Below, in pieces: positions 48,495-59,500 of a DNA stretch of 64,000 nucleotides. Origin of the DNA: an uncultured Dehalococcoidia bacterium (lineage in GTDB: Bacteria > Chloroflexota > Dehalococcoidia > Lucifugimonadales > Australimonadaceae); assembly GCA_958295525.1 (NCBI GenBank), contig OY282355.1:398260-462259 (forward strand), written 5' to 3'. The notes under the pieces were generated by a model. The model worked only from the letters and a program-made list of their open reading frames with translations. It was not told the DNA's origin and made no database searches. The position numbers were made by a program, and so were the translations under genes. How positions within the stretch are numbered: position 1 is the stretch's first letter; each line of letters begins with the position of its first letter.

Positions 48495-50162
48495 TCACAG
48501 GCCGCCGCCGAATCTGCGGCTCGCCACGACCGCCTGCGCGCGCGGGCTGATCTCGCTCCGCACGCGAATGTTCAGCAGCGCCGGGCCCTCCGCCTCCAGC
48601 GCGCGGTCGAGCGCCGGGCCCAATTCCTCGGGCCGCTCCACGAGTTCCCCTTGCGCGCCCAGCCCCTGCGCCACCAAGTCGTAGCGCGACGGCGCGAGGT
48701 CGGTGATCACCGCCTTGCCGTACAGCCCCAACTGCAGATTCTTGTCTATTCCCCAAGCCGCGTCGTTCCCCACGAGAAAGACGACCTTCAGCCCGTGCCG
48801 AACCGCCGTGTCCAACTCCATCGCGTTGAACCCGAACGCCCCGTCGCCGACGATGCAGAACACCCGCGACTCCGGCCTCGCCAGTTTCGCCGCTATCGCC
48901 ATCGGAACGGATTGCCCCAGCATTCCCAGGTTCGGCAAGTAATGCCAGCCGCGCGGCGACAGCGCGGGGAGGTACGCCCGCCCGTAGTAGGCGTAGTCTC
49001 CGCCGTCGAACACCAGAACGTCGTCGCGGCGCAGCCGTTGCGCCAGCGTGTGATGAACGAACATCGAGCGCAGCGGCGTCTCCTCCGCGATATGCCCCTC
49101 GAGCCGCTCCCGCTGCTCCGCGACCGCCGACCGGAACCGCTCGACCCACGGACGCTCCGGCCACTCGCTCTTCGCCGCCTCGTCCGCCAACTGCGCCGCG
49201 ATAGGCCCGACGTCGCCCACGAGCGCAAGGTCGACGCCCCGGTTGCGCCCCGCCTGCGTCGCGTCCGGCTCCGCCTGAATCACCTTCGCGCCGTCCGGAA
49301 TCACGGAGCCGAACCCGATTGTGAAGTCCAGCAATTTGCCGAGGAACAGCACGGCGTCCGCCTCGCGGATCAGATTCGCCGCCGTGTGCTGGCTCAAATC
49401 GAAGAACCCGAAGCAGTAGGGATGGTCGTCCGGCGTGATTCCGCGCGCCGCCTCTTCCGTGAGGAGCGGGATTTTCGTCGTCTCGATCAGCCGCTCGTAG
49501 ATTCCGCCCCAGTCGCCGTAAGCCGCCGGAGCGCCCGCGACGATGACCGGGCGCTCCGCCTCCCGCAATATGCGGACGGCCTCCGCGACGCCCTCGGGGG
49601 ACGCGACGATCGGCAGCGTCCGGCGGTACGCCTCCGCGGCGACGAATCGCGCGTCCCCCTCGACGATTGCGCTTTGGACGTCGACCGGCACGGTGAGATG
49701 CGCGGGCCCGCGCCTGCCCTCGAACGCCGCGCGGATCGCCGCCGCCATCAGATCGGGAATGCGGAGCGGATCGTGCGCCAGCCACGCGCCTTTCGTCACC
49801 GTTCGCGCGATGCCGACCTGATCGATCTCTTGCATCGCCCCGCGATGATAGTTCCGCAAGTCGGCGGAGCCCGCGATATTCAGAATCGGGCTCTCGGTGG
49901 ACATCGCGTTGATCAGCCCCGGCAGCGCGTTCGCGTGCCCCGGCGTGGTGACCGCGACCACGCCCAGCCTGCTGGTGATGCGCGACCACGCCTCCGCCAT
50001 ATGCACGGCGGCCTGCTCGTGGCGGCAATCCACGAGGCGAAACCCCTCGTCGTGCAGCGTGTCCAGCAGCGGCAGAATATGATCGCCCGCGAGCGTGAAG
50101 ACCGTGTCCACGCCTTCCGTCCGCAGCGCCCGCGCAATGATCTGCGCCCCGCTCATCGCCAT
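48495..50162 (-). CDS. Thiamine-diphosphate enzyme (IlvB / 2-hydroxyacyl-CoA lyase-like)
   Basis: RHEQAA, GAMQEIDQ, GDGAFGFN...NDAAWG. Confidence 0.88.
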   Translation of the reverse strand: MAMSGAQIIARALRTEGVDTVFTLAGDHILPLLDTLHDEGFRLVDCRHEQAAVHMAEAWSRITSRLGVVAVTTPGHANALPGLINAMSTESPILNIAGSADLRNYHRGAMQEIDQVGIARTVTKGAWLAHDPLRIPDLMAAAIRAAFEGRRGPAHLTVPVDVQSAIVEGDARFVAAEAYRRTLPIVASPEGVAEAVRILREAERPVIVAGAPAAYGDWGGIYERLIETTKIPLLTEEAARGITPDDHPYCFGFFDLSQHTAANLIREADAVLFLGKLLDFTIGFGSVIPDGAKVIQAEPDATQAGRNRGVDLALVGDVGPIAAQLADEAAKSEWPERPWVERFRSAVAEQRERLEGHIAEETPLRSMFVHHTLAQRLRRDDVLVFDGGDYAYYGRAYLPALSPRGWHYLPNLGMLGQSVPMAIAAKLARPESRVFCIVGDGAFGFNAMELDTAVRHGLKVVFLVGNDAAWGIDKNLQLGLYGKAVITDLAPSRYDLVAQGLGAQGELVERPEELGPALDRALEAEGPALLNIRVRSEISPRAQAVVASRRFGGGL

Positions 50163-50346
50163 AGCCGCGCTCCCTCCGTCCCCCGAATGGCGGGATGCTA
50201 GCACAGGCCCGCGCGGCGCATCGCCGTTCCTGCCCCCTTGTCCGTTATTCCTGCGAAGGTGGGAGCCTCGCCCCCCTTGTCCCGTCATTCCCGCGCAGGC
50301 GGGAGCCTCGCCCCCCGTTCGCTATAATCCATAGTTGGAAGACGCG

Positions 50347-52347
50347 ATGCAATTCCCAGCCGCACGCGGCCTGACCGGCCGCATCGCCCGCTTGCGCCCC
50401 GACCGCGTCACGCTGCTGCTGGCCGCGCTCGCCGTCCTGAGCGCCGCGCTCATTTTGACGCGTCAAGTCAACTACGGCGTGGGGGTGGGCACCGACTCTT
50501 TAGCATATGCCGCAGCCGCGGAGGCCATCGCGGCAGGCAACAGCCCGCTCCTACTCAGTACCACGCCTCTGTTCTCCGCGGCGCTCTCTTTGGCGAGCCT
50601 GTTGGGCTTCGAACCGATCAGCGCGGCCGCATATCTGAACGCGGCGGCGTTCGGGATGGTCGTCTTCCTGTCCACGCTTTGGCTATGGCGCAAAACGCAA
50701 TCGCCGTTCGCGGTCGTATGGACGGGCGTCGCTTTGGCCATAGCGCCTCCGCTCATTGAGGTGACTACCTGGGTCTTGCAGGAACCGCTATTCATCCTGC
50801 TCACGATGTCCGCGCTCTTGACGCTCGATGCATTTACGAAAAACCGTCGGCGTTCTCATCTGCTGCTGGCGGCCAGTTTCGCCGCGTTGGCGTTTCTGAC
50901 CCGGTATCCGGGCGCTGCGATGGTCGGAACAGGCGTCGTTCTGCTGCTTCTCCAAAGGGACGTCGCGTTCACCCAGCGGACTAAGGAGGCGGCCGTCTAC
51001 GCGGCCATAGCGTCACTTCCGGTCTGCGCGTGGTTACTGAGGAATTTTTTGGAGGCAGGGAGTTTCACTAGCCACGCCCGTTACCAGCCCTTCTATTCTT
51101 TGTCGCAAAACATTGAGGCCGCCGCCGCCGAATTCTGGGCAATGCTCTTCGCTTGGTCCGATTTGTCATACACCCTTGGCCGTCGGGTCGCCATGCGCGT
51201 GGACGACCTTATTGTTCCTGGGCTCATAGCAGTTGCGATTCTAACGGCGGGCGTGGCGCTCGTGATCGCGGCAAGGCGTTCGGTCAAGAGCCTGCCGGAA
51301 CTCGGGCGTTGGCAGGGCGTCGAGCCGGCCTTTGCGATGGCGCTTTTCGTCGGGGCGTACACCGCGGTGGTCATTATCGGATTGACCACTTCGAGTTGGA
51401 GCGAGGGTTTCGGCATTAGACATTTCGCTCCGGCTTATCCTCCGCTTTTGCTTGCTATTGCCCTCGTTGCGAACGCTTGCTTCCGCAACGCCGCGTGGAA
51501 ACCCCGTGTTCTTGGCGTAAACGTTTCCCTGTTCGCAGTGTTTGGAGCAACGCTGCTCTCACTCTGGCTCCTTCCACAGTTTAGCCTCTACGCAGAGCAA
51601 TATCGCCTGCATCTGGACGGTCCTTTAGGCCACGACGCGCGAACTTGGGGCAACTCTCCGGCGATTCTCGACATCAGGGCGAAATCCCTCAACGGGCAAG
51701 CGATGCTGGGAACGAACACCTTGGACGTCGCTCCTTACCTCGCGAGCATCCCCCGCGACGAGTTCAGGTTGCTCCCCTGCGTGCCCGCCGACGAGATAAG
51801 CGCATGGCTGTCGTATGCCCGCGAGGCGGATAAAGAGGCATACGTCGTCTGGCTAAACGGATTCACGAACGCCATCGGCTGCGCAACCTTCCCCTCCACA
51901 ATTCGCTCCATCGCCCGAATGGATGCGGTCGCCCGCCTACCCAACGGAAACGTCTTCCGTGTTTCTCCCGCAGCGGACCCTCTAGGCGCCTACCGCTCCG
52001 CATACGCGGACATTGCATCCGTCGAGCCCGTCATCCGGTCGGAATTCGCCGTCCACCTGCGCGGCGGCGCGCTCGCCTACCTGAGAGAGCCTTGCCTCCC
52101 CGCCGACACGCAAGATAGGTTTTTCCTGCATGTCACCCCCATCGATGAAAGCGACCTCCCCTACGACCGCAGACGGCACGGGTTCGACAACCTCAATTTC
52201 GATTTCGACATTCACGGCGCAAGGTTCGACGGCAAATGCCTCACGACCGCCGTGCTCCCCAATTACCCCATCGCCCGCGTCAGAACAGGCCAGTTCGTAA
52301 GAGGCGGGGGCAGGTTGTGGGAGGGCGAGTTCCGCCCTTCGCCTTGA
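50347..52347 (+). CDS. GT-C-like multi-pass membrane protein with one C-terminal ~100-aa repeat domain
   Basis: DSLAY, QEPLF, LTRYPG; C-terminal YLREPC...FFLHVTP...GFDNLNFDF...FDGKC...RTGQF; TATAAT at 50323. Confidence 0.65.
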   Translation: MQFPAARGLTGRIARLRPDRVTLLLAALAVLSAALILTRQVNYGVGVGTDSLAYAAAAEAIAAGNSPLLLSTTPLFSAALSLASLLGFEPISAAAYLNAAAFGMVVFLSTLWLWRKTQSPFAVVWTGVALAIAPPLIEVTTWVLQEPLFILLTMSALLTLDAFTKNRRRSHLLLAASFAALAFLTRYPGAAMVGTGVVLLLLQRDVAFTQRTKEAAVYAAIASLPVCAWLLRNFLEAGSFTSHARYQPFYSLSQNIEAAAAEFWAMLFAWSDLSYTLGRRVAMRVDDLIVPGLIAVAILTAGVALVIAARRSVKSLPELGRWQGVEPAFAMALFVGAYTAVVIIGLTTSSWSEGFGIRHFAPAYPPLLLAIALVANACFRNAAWKPRVLGVNVSLFAVFGATLLSLWLLPQFSLYAEQYRLHLDGPLGHDARTWGNSPAILDIRAKSLNGQAMLGTNTLDVAPYLASIPRDEFRLLPCVPADEISAWLSYAREADKEAYVVWLNGFTNAIGCATFPSTIRSIARMDAVARLPNGNVFRVSPAADPLGAYRSAYADIASVEPVIRSEFAVHLRGGALAYLREPCLPADTQDRFFLHVTPIDESDLPYDRRRHGFDNLNFDFDIHGARFDGKCLTTAVLPNYPIARVRTGQFVRGGGRLWEGEFRPSP

Positions 52348-52412
52348 CGCGCCGCGCTCAACCTGCGCCTCCGCTCCTTGCCGCCGGCCTCCGCCTCTGC
52401 GAAACTCCGCCT

Positions 52413-52763
52413 ATGACGCTCGCCGCCGAACACTGCGCCCCGCTCGACGCCAACGCCGCCCTCGCCTCGCCGGACGAAGCAGCCGCCTTGCGCGCCGAGA
52501 TTCCTGAGTGGCGCATCGCGGACGCCGACGACGGAACGCCGAAACTGGAGCGCGCCTTCCGCTTTGAGACGTTCGCCCAGGCGCTCGCCTTCGCCAACGC
52601 GGTCGGCGAGGAAGCCGAGGCCGAGAATCATCACCCGCGGCTGGTCATCGAATGGGGGCGCGTGACCGTCCAATGGTGGACGCATTCCCTCGGCGGACTC
52701 CACCGCAACGATTTCGTTATGGCCGCCCGGGCCGACGCCCTCGCCCGGGCGCGCAAGCCGTAG
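52413..52763 (+). CDS. phhB: Pterin-4-alpha-carbinolamine dehydratase
   Basis: AEAENHHP, WWTHSLGGLHRNDFVMAA. Confidence 0.9.
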   Translation: MTLAAEHCAPLDANAALASPDEAAALRAEIPEWRIADADDGTPKLERAFRFETFAQALAFANAVGEEAEAENHHPRLVIEWGRVTVQWWTHSLGGLHRNDFVMAARADALARARKP

Positions 52764-52839
52764 GAAGCCGTAGGAGGCGGATCGTTGCTTCCGCGCAGGC
52801 GGAACCCCTCTATCCCGTTCCCTTCACTCTGCGGCGTCA

Positions 52840-53226
52840 CTACTCCACGACCGCGACAACCTCGATCTGCACCTTCATCCCCCCGGGCGGCGGGTCGTAC
52901 TTCGACGTATGCCGCGCGGGGCGGTCGTCCTCGTCCGGGTACATCTCCAGCCACGGTTCGTTGAGCGCAGGGCGGTCGGCCAAGTCCGCGAGGAAGCACG
53001 TCATCCGCACCACGTCGTCCGGCGACGCTCCCGCGCATTCCAAGAACGTCCGCAGGTTGCGGAAGCATTGCCTCGCCTGCTCGCGCGCGTCCTCCGGCAA
53101 CTCGCCCGTGTCCGCGTCAATGCCCTGAATCGCCGAACTGTAGACCACGTTCCCCACTCGCGCGCCATAGGGGATCGGCGCGTTGTGCCGCACGCCGGGG
53201 ATATGAATCGTCCGCCGTCTGCCCAT
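52840..53226 (-). CDS. RidA/YjgF family protein
   Basis: HNAPIP, QARQCFRN, RPARH, VQIEVVA. Confidence 0.85.
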   Translation of the reverse strand: MGRRRTIHIPGVRHNAPIPYGARVGNVVYSSAIQGIDADTGELPEDAREQARQCFRNLRTFLECAGASPDDVVRMTCFLADLADRPALNEPWLEMYPDEDDRPARHTSKYDPPPGGMKVQIEVVAVVE

Positions 53227-53313
53227 AGAACGCCTCCTCGCGGCGCAACCCGCGCCACGTTCGCCTAACTCTAAACTCCGGCGCGACTTGCGCCGACTCC
53301 CATGTTACGGGGG

Positions 53314-53967
53314 CTACAGCAGCGCGCCCGTCGGCTGCAGAACCGCCACCTGCGTCTCGTCCGGCAGGTTGGAGCGCGTCACGGTGAGGCGGGATTGCTT
53401 CTCCGGCTCGCGGACGCCCATCTCGGTCAGAAAGGGCGCCAACTCCCGCAACTCGCGCCGGTTTCCCGGGTGCGCGTACAGCATTGGAATCACGATGCGC
53501 GGCTCCACGCTCCGCGCCACCTCCACCGCGTCCGCCGCCGAAAGACCCGTCGCGCTGCCCACCGGAACCATCAGCACGTGCAGCGACCCGAGGTCGTCAA
53601 CTTCTTTGTTCGTCAGCAGGCGGTCGGGGTTTCCCAAGTGGCAGAACACGATGCCCTCCGCTTTCGCCGTGAACACCGTGTTCCACTGCTGCGGCTCGCC
53701 TTCCTGCGTGCGCCGCGTCGTTCGGACGCCGCGCAAGTGCATGCCGGCCGCCTCGTACTCCCCCGGGCCGTCCAGCGCGAGCGGTTTCCCGGAAACCGCG
53801 CTCACCGCCGAATGGAACTCGTCGGCGCTGCTCTGCGTGACCAGATCGGCCTCCGCCTGCTGCGGGGCGATCCTCAGCCCCAACTCCGGCGGAAACGGGT
53901 CCATAATCAGCGTCTTGCCCCCCGAGCGCACGCGGAACGCCGCGTGGCCAAGCCACGTAATCTCCAT
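53314..53967 (-). CDS. MBL-fold metallo-hydrolase (degenerate metal motif)
   Basis: MEITWLGHAAF, DP, GPGEYE, CHLG, PRIVIPM; the HxHxDH motif is eroded. Confidence 0.8.
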   Translation of the reverse strand: MEITWLGHAAFRVRSGGKTLIMDPFPPELGLRIAPQQAEADLVTQSSADEFHSAVSAVSGKPLALDGPGEYEAAGMHLRGVRTTRRTQEGEPQQWNTVFTAKAEGIVFCHLGNPDRLLTNKEVDDLGSLHVLMVPVGSATGLSAADAVEVARSVEPRIVIPMLYAHPGNRRELRELAPFLTEMGVREPEKQSRLTVTRSNLPDETQVAVLQPTGALL

Positions 53968-54603
53968 TTAGCCGCGCCCTTTCCGTCCAACGAGCGCCCA
54001 CGCGGCTGGGAGCGCGAGCGAGGCGGCGTAGAGTTTGACCAAGTCGCCCGCCACGAACGGCCACAGCCCCCAATCCAGCGTCGTCGCCCAGTCAATGCTC
54101 AGGTCGTATCGAAGCCACAGCAGCCCCGGAACGTACAGAACGGCGTTGCCCGCGAGCATTGCGATCAGCGCTCGCCAACTGCGGTCCCATCCGCGCTCCG
54201 CCAGCCGTCCGACGACCCACGCGGCGCCGATGAAACCCACGATATAGCCGCCGCTGGGCAGATTCCACGCCCAATCGCCCGTGCCCGCCCAGGGGAGGAT
54301 GAAATGGACGACCTCGCCCTCCAGCGCCGCCGAGCCCGGCGCGAACACCGGAAGGAAGCCGCCCAGGAGCGCGTAGAGCGCGAGGCTCGCCGCCCCCCGG
54401 TTCGCCCCCAGCGCCCCGCCCGTCAGCAGGACGGCGAGCGTCTGTCCGGTGATCGGAACCGGCGTGAAAGGCAGCCGCGCGGCGATTTGCGCGAACAGCG
54501 CGACGAGCAGCGCGAAGCCAACGACGAGCGCCGCGTCGCGCAGCAACCCTTGCCCGGGAATAACCGCGTCCGCCAGCGCGGACCGTCTCTGCGTCATCTG
54601 CAT
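53968..54603 (-). CDS. bioY: Biotin transporter BioY
   Basis: PVPITGQT, LPVFA, GGYIVGF, PFVAGDLVK; TGcTATAAT 7 nt upstream. Confidence 0.92.
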   Translation of the reverse strand: MQMTQRRSALADAVIPGQGLLRDAALVVGFALLVALFAQIAARLPFTPVPITGQTLAVLLTGGALGANRGAASLALYALLGGFLPVFAPGSAALEGEVVHFILPWAGTGDWAWNLPSGGYIVGFIGAAWVVGRLAERGWDRSWRALIAMLAGNAVLYVPGLLWLRYDLSIDWATTLDWGLWPFVAGDLVKLYAASLALPAAWALVGRKGRG

Positions 54604-54768
54604 AGCGGGGATTATAGCACGCCTCGCGTCGTCCCAGTAGGTTCCTGCTTTCGCAGGAATGACGTGGCGCGTGGGGTGAATTGGAGACGATGCGCTGCGC
54701 GCCTCGTCCGGGGCGGGGTTCCCGCCTGCGCGGGAACGACGATTGCATGGGGGCGGAAACGCCGCGCC

Positions 54769-55524
54769 CTACCGCCGCCGCCCGCGCCACAGGAACGCCA
54801 ACCCCGCGACTCCGAGCGCAACCGCGGCGGCGACCGCGGCCCACGCGATGATCGTCTCTCCTCTGCCCTGCGACTGCGATTCGGATCCGGGCGTCGCCGT
54901 CGGGATGGCGGTCGCGGTTGGCGTCGGAGTCGACGGCGGCGCAGTCGGGGGCGCGGGCTCCGCGGTCGCCGGAATAAGCGTTGGCGCTGCGGTCGGCGTT
55001 GGCGCGGGGGTCGCAGTAGGCGTCGGAATAGGCGTTGGCGTCGGAGTCGGCGTGACGCTCTCCGGGCACGGCGCCGCGCTTGGTTCGGCGGCGCCCTCGC
55101 CGAAGCGCAGCGTCACCGGCTCGTCCACGAGGCACGGCGTCCCCAGCAGCGGGAAGGCGTAGGTCAAGTCGGCCTGCAGTTCGCCGTCCAGCCCTCCGCC
55201 TCTCAGGTGAAACGTGACCGGCTCTCCCGCGTAGTCGAGCCCCGGAGGCCCCGCGAGCAGGCAGAGGTCGCCGCAATCGAACGCTCCGCCGCGCACGGGA
55301 ATCACCGTGGGGCGCTCCCAATCGCCAACCCGCGTGATCAACTCGCCTTCCGCCACCGGCTCGCCGTCGAGCAGAACCGTCCCGCCTTCCGAATAGACGA
55401 TTGGGAAGGCGGGAATGCTCCCCGGCGAGCCCCCGTCCTGCGCGAGAGCGACGGGCGCGGCGGCAAGCGCCGCGGCGAGCAGCGCGGCGGCGGCGATGGC
55501 GGGCAAGCGAGACGAGCGCGGCAT
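54769..55524 (-). CDS. Secreted Pro/Thr-rich protein with C-terminal TM anchor
   Basis: Signal peptide ending ALA-Q, PT repeats, hydrophobic helix followed by RGRRR. Confidence 0.7.
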   Translation of the reverse strand: MPRSSRLPAIAAAALLAAALAAAPVALAQDGGSPGSIPAFPIVYSEGGTVLLDGEPVAEGELITRVGDWERPTVIPVRGGAFDCGDLCLLAGPPGLDYAGEPVTFHLRGGGLDGELQADLTYAFPLLGTPCLVDEPVTLRFGEGAAEPSAAPCPESVTPTPTPTPIPTPTATPAPTPTAAPTLIPATAEPAPPTAPPSTPTPTATAIPTATPGSESQSQGRGETIIAWAAVAAAVALGVAGLAFLWRGRRR

Positions 55525-55727
55525 ACGACGTCCGCTATTGTAGCGCCGGGCGGGGCGAGCGGCGCGGCGGAGAGCGTATCCTGCGCGGGAGCGTCCGCTG
55601 ACGGGCGCCGGATTTCGCTTGCGCGGACGGGGTTAGGATGCGCCGCGATGTTGGCGGAAGGAGGCGTTGCTTGGAACTCTTGCGCCGCATCGGGGCCGCG
55701 TTCGGCAGGCGCGGCGTTCCGCAGGGA

Positions 55728-56297
55728 ATGGAGGAGCGTGTTCCTCCGGGGCAGTACGTAACGCCCAAAATGCCTGTGATGAGCGCGAGCCCGACGCCCC
55801 GCGTTCGCCTCGCCGAGTGGCGGCTGTCGCTCTACGGCGAGGTCGAGCGCGAGACGCAATTGACATGGGACGACTGGCTGTCGCTCGCTGAGGACGGCGT
55901 CGCGCTGACCGCCGACTTCCATTGCGTTACGCAGTGGAGCAGGCTCAATGTCGGCTGGGAGGGCGTCCCCGCGTCGGAGGTTCTGGATCTGGCGCGGCCA
56001 AGAGAGACGGCGCGGTTCGCAATGCTGCATTGCGCCGACGGCTACACGGCGAACCTCGACTTGGCGGCGATGCGCGCCCCCGACGCGCTGTTCGCGCACC
56101 GGCAGGACGGCGCGCCGCTCGCCCCGGAGCACGGCGGCCCGCTGCGGCTCGTCGTTCCGTCGCGCTACGGCTGGAAGAGCGCGAAGTGGGTGATCGGCGT
56201 CGAGTTCCTGCGCGAGGACAGCCCCGGCTTCTGGGAGCGCCTCGGCTACCATATGCGCGGCGACCCGTGGCGCGAGGAGCGCTTCGCGGCGAGGTAG
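55728..56297 (+). CDS. Sulfite oxidase-like molybdopterin oxidoreductase (YuiH-like)
   Basis: RVPPGQ, DFHCVTQWS, EHGGPLRLVVP..YGWKSAKW, GFWERLGYH. Confidence 0.9.
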   Translation: MEERVPPGQYVTPKMPVMSASPTPRVRLAEWRLSLYGEVERETQLTWDDWLSLAEDGVALTADFHCVTQWSRLNVGWEGVPASEVLDLARPRETARFAMLHCADGYTANLDLAAMRAPDALFAHRQDGAPLAPEHGGPLRLVVPSRYGWKSAKWVIGVEFLREDSPGFWERLGYHMRGDPWREERFAAR

Positions 56298-56347
56298 GGC
56301 GTCCCCGCGTCGAAGTGGGGTAGGGGGGCGCTCCCGACCCCTTGCCC

Positions 56348-56516
56348 CGTCATTCCCGCGCAGGCGGGAATCCAGTCGGCGCGCAGCGCCCCCCAGCCCC
56401 GTCATTCCCGCGCAGGCGGGAATCTAGGCGGCGCGCAGCGCCCCCCAGCCCCGTCATTCCCGCGCAGGCGGGAATCTCGCCCCCTTGCCCCGTCATTCCC
56501 GCGTAGGCGGGAATCC
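56348..56516. repeat. CGTC/dRS3-like palindrome cluster
   Basis: Four units immediately upstream of the RM gene. Confidence 0.92.
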
Positions 56517-56544
56517 AGGCGGGCGCGGATGGTATGATGAGCCT

Positions 56545-59500
56545 ATGGTCGCCTATCCCCACATTGAGCGCTATTACGAGGCGTTGCGCGAACTCATCGA
56601 GTTCGGCGGGTCGGACAACGAACTGAACATCCGCCCCGCGTTCCAGAACTGCCTCGCCGCGTACTGCCGCGACCACCGCGAGCATCTCGCGCTCGTGCCG
56701 GAGTTGCCGACCGCCACCGGCGCGGTTCCCGACGGCGCCGTCAAAGACGCCCTCCGTATGACGCGCGGCTGGTGGGAGGCCAAAGACACGCGCGACGACC
56801 TCGACGCCGAAATCCAGCGCAAGTTCAATCGCGGCTACCCCCGTGACAACATCGTTTTCGAAGACTCGCGCGCCGCCGTCCTCTTCCAAAACGGCGGCGA
56901 GGCGATGCGCGCGGATATGACGCGCCCGGGCGAGTTGCACCGCCTCATCCGCAGATTCCTCGATTATGAACTGCCGGAGATCGAGGAGTTCCGCCGCGCC
57001 CGCCAGCAATTCAAAGCCGACCTCCCCGACGTGCTCGCAAGCCTCCGCGCAACGGTGGAGGAGGCGGAAGCCGAAAACGCCGCCTACCGCGAGGCCGCCG
57101 CCGACTTCCTCGAACTCTGCAGGCGCAGCATCGGCCCCGACGTCTCGGAGGCCGACGTCCGCGAAATGCTGCTGCAGCACGTCCTCACCAAAGACATCTT
57201 CCTGCGCGTGTTCGCCGAGACCCAATTCCACCAAGAGAACAACGTCGCCCAGCAATTGGACGCCCTCGAGCACGCGTTCTTCACCGGCGACGTCCGCCGC
57301 AACGCCATCGAACGGCTGCGCGCCTACTACGGCGCCATCGGCCGCGCCGCCGACGAAATCGCCGATTACGCCGAGAAGCAGGAGTTCCTCAAGCGCCTCT
57401 ACGAGGACTTCTACAAAACCTACAACCCCGCCGCCGCCGACCGCATGGGCGTCGTCTACACCCCCAACGAAATCGTCGACTTCATCATTCGCGGCGCCGA
57501 CGCCCTCTCCCGCAAGCACTTCGGGCGCGGCCTCGCCGACGACAACGTCCAGATCCTCGACCCCGCCACCGGCACCGGAACGTTCATCGCCAACCTCATC
57601 AACTTCCTCCCCGCCGACCGGCTGGAGCGCAAGTACCGCGAGGAAATCCACGCCAACGAACTCGCCATCCTGCCCTACTACATCGCCAACCTCAATATCG
57701 AGTACACCTACAAAGAGCGGACAGGGCGCTACCAGGAGTTTCAGAGCCTCTGCTTCGTGGACACGCTCGACAATATGGACTGGCAGCGCAAAGGCGCGAC
57801 CGGCGAGGCCGTGCAGCGGCAGGCCGGATTCAACCTCGGCGGCCTCTCGGAAGAGAACTGGGTGCGCGTGCAGGAGCAGAACGAAAAGACGATCAGCGTC
57901 ATCATCGGCAATCCGCCTTACAACGACCAGCAAAGCAACTGGCGCGACGCGAACCCAAACCGGAAATACCCTGCGATAGACCAGCGGATTAAAGACACCT
58001 ACGTCGCGGAGAGCGCGGCGCAGAGAACTCATCAGTACGATATGTACAAGCGCTTCATCCGCTGGGCGTCCGACCGGCTCGCCGACGACGGCATCATCGC
58101 GTTCATCACCAACCGATCCTACATCGACGCCAAGCAGGACGACGGCTTCAGGCTCGTCGCGCCGATGGAGTTCAACGACATCTACCTCGTCGACTTGGGC
58201 GGCGACGTCCGCGCCAACGGGCGCGTCGGCAACGTCTTCGGCATCAAAACGGGCGTCGCCGTCGGCTTCTTCGTCCGCAGATCGAAAGTCGGGGGCAGAG
58301 GCCGCATCCGCTACTACGCGCTCCCCGACGAGCAGTCCGGCGCGGACAAACTCGCCGCCCTCAAAACGCTGGACGTGGAGCGGATCCCGTTCACGGAGAT
58401 CGTCCCCGACGAGAACCACAACTGGCTTGGCCAGACCAACTCGCGTTTCGGCAAACTGCTTCCGATGGCGAACAAGGAAACGAAACTCGCCAAAGCGGCT
58501 AACGAAGAGCAAGCATTATTTGGACTGTACTCAGTTGGTATCGCAACTAATAGGGACGAGTGGGCCTATGACTTCTCGCCTGAAATTCTTGCAGAAAAGA
58601 TGCAGTTCTTCTCGAAAGTGTACCAATCCGAAGTTAGCCGATTCTCGAAAGAGAAACCTCTTCCCAGTTCGCTTGGCGAATGGGTCGACCAGTCCATCAA
58701 ATGGACAAGGGAATTGGAAGGGCACCTTGCGAGAATGGATGCGCTTACGTACAGCGCAGAAGACATCGTTCCTGTTCTGTTCAGGCCGTTCGTCTCCAAA
58801 TTCTGCTACTACGCGCGTATCGCTACGCATATGAGGTATCAGCAGCCTCGGATTTACCCGCACCGCGTCGCCCCGGATAACATGGTTATCTGCTTTCCGG
58901 GCAACGTCGGCGGACAGGGTTTCTATGCGCTGGCCGCCGACCGCGTTGTCTCGCATGACCTGATCAAGACCACGCAATGCCTGCCGCTCTACCGCTACAC
59001 GGCGGAGGGGAAGCGCGTGAGCAACATCACGCAGTGGGGGCTGCGGGCGTTCCGCGAGCGTTACAAGGACGACTCCATCACGCCAGAGCAGGTCTTCGCC
59101 TACGCCTACGCCGTGCTGCACGATCCGGTGTATCTGCACGACTACAAGGGCGACCTGCTGCGCGAGTTTCCGCGCCTGCCGTTCTACAAGGATTTCGAGA
59201 TATGGGCGCGGATGGGGCGGGAACTGCTCGACCTGCATATCGGATTCGAGTCGGCGGAGCCGCATCCGCTGGAGCGCGAGGAGACGGGCGCGGAGCCGGG
59301 GAAGCCGCGCCTGAAGGCCGACAAGGAGAGCGGCGTGGTCGTTCTGGACGGCGCCACGCGGCTGACGGGGATTCCGGCGGACGCATGGCGCTACAAACTG
59401 GGCAATCGCTCCGCGCTGGAGTGGGTTCTCGACCAGTACAAGGAGCGCAAGCCCAAAGACCCGACTATCGCCGCGAAGTTCGCCTCCTACCGCTTCGCCG

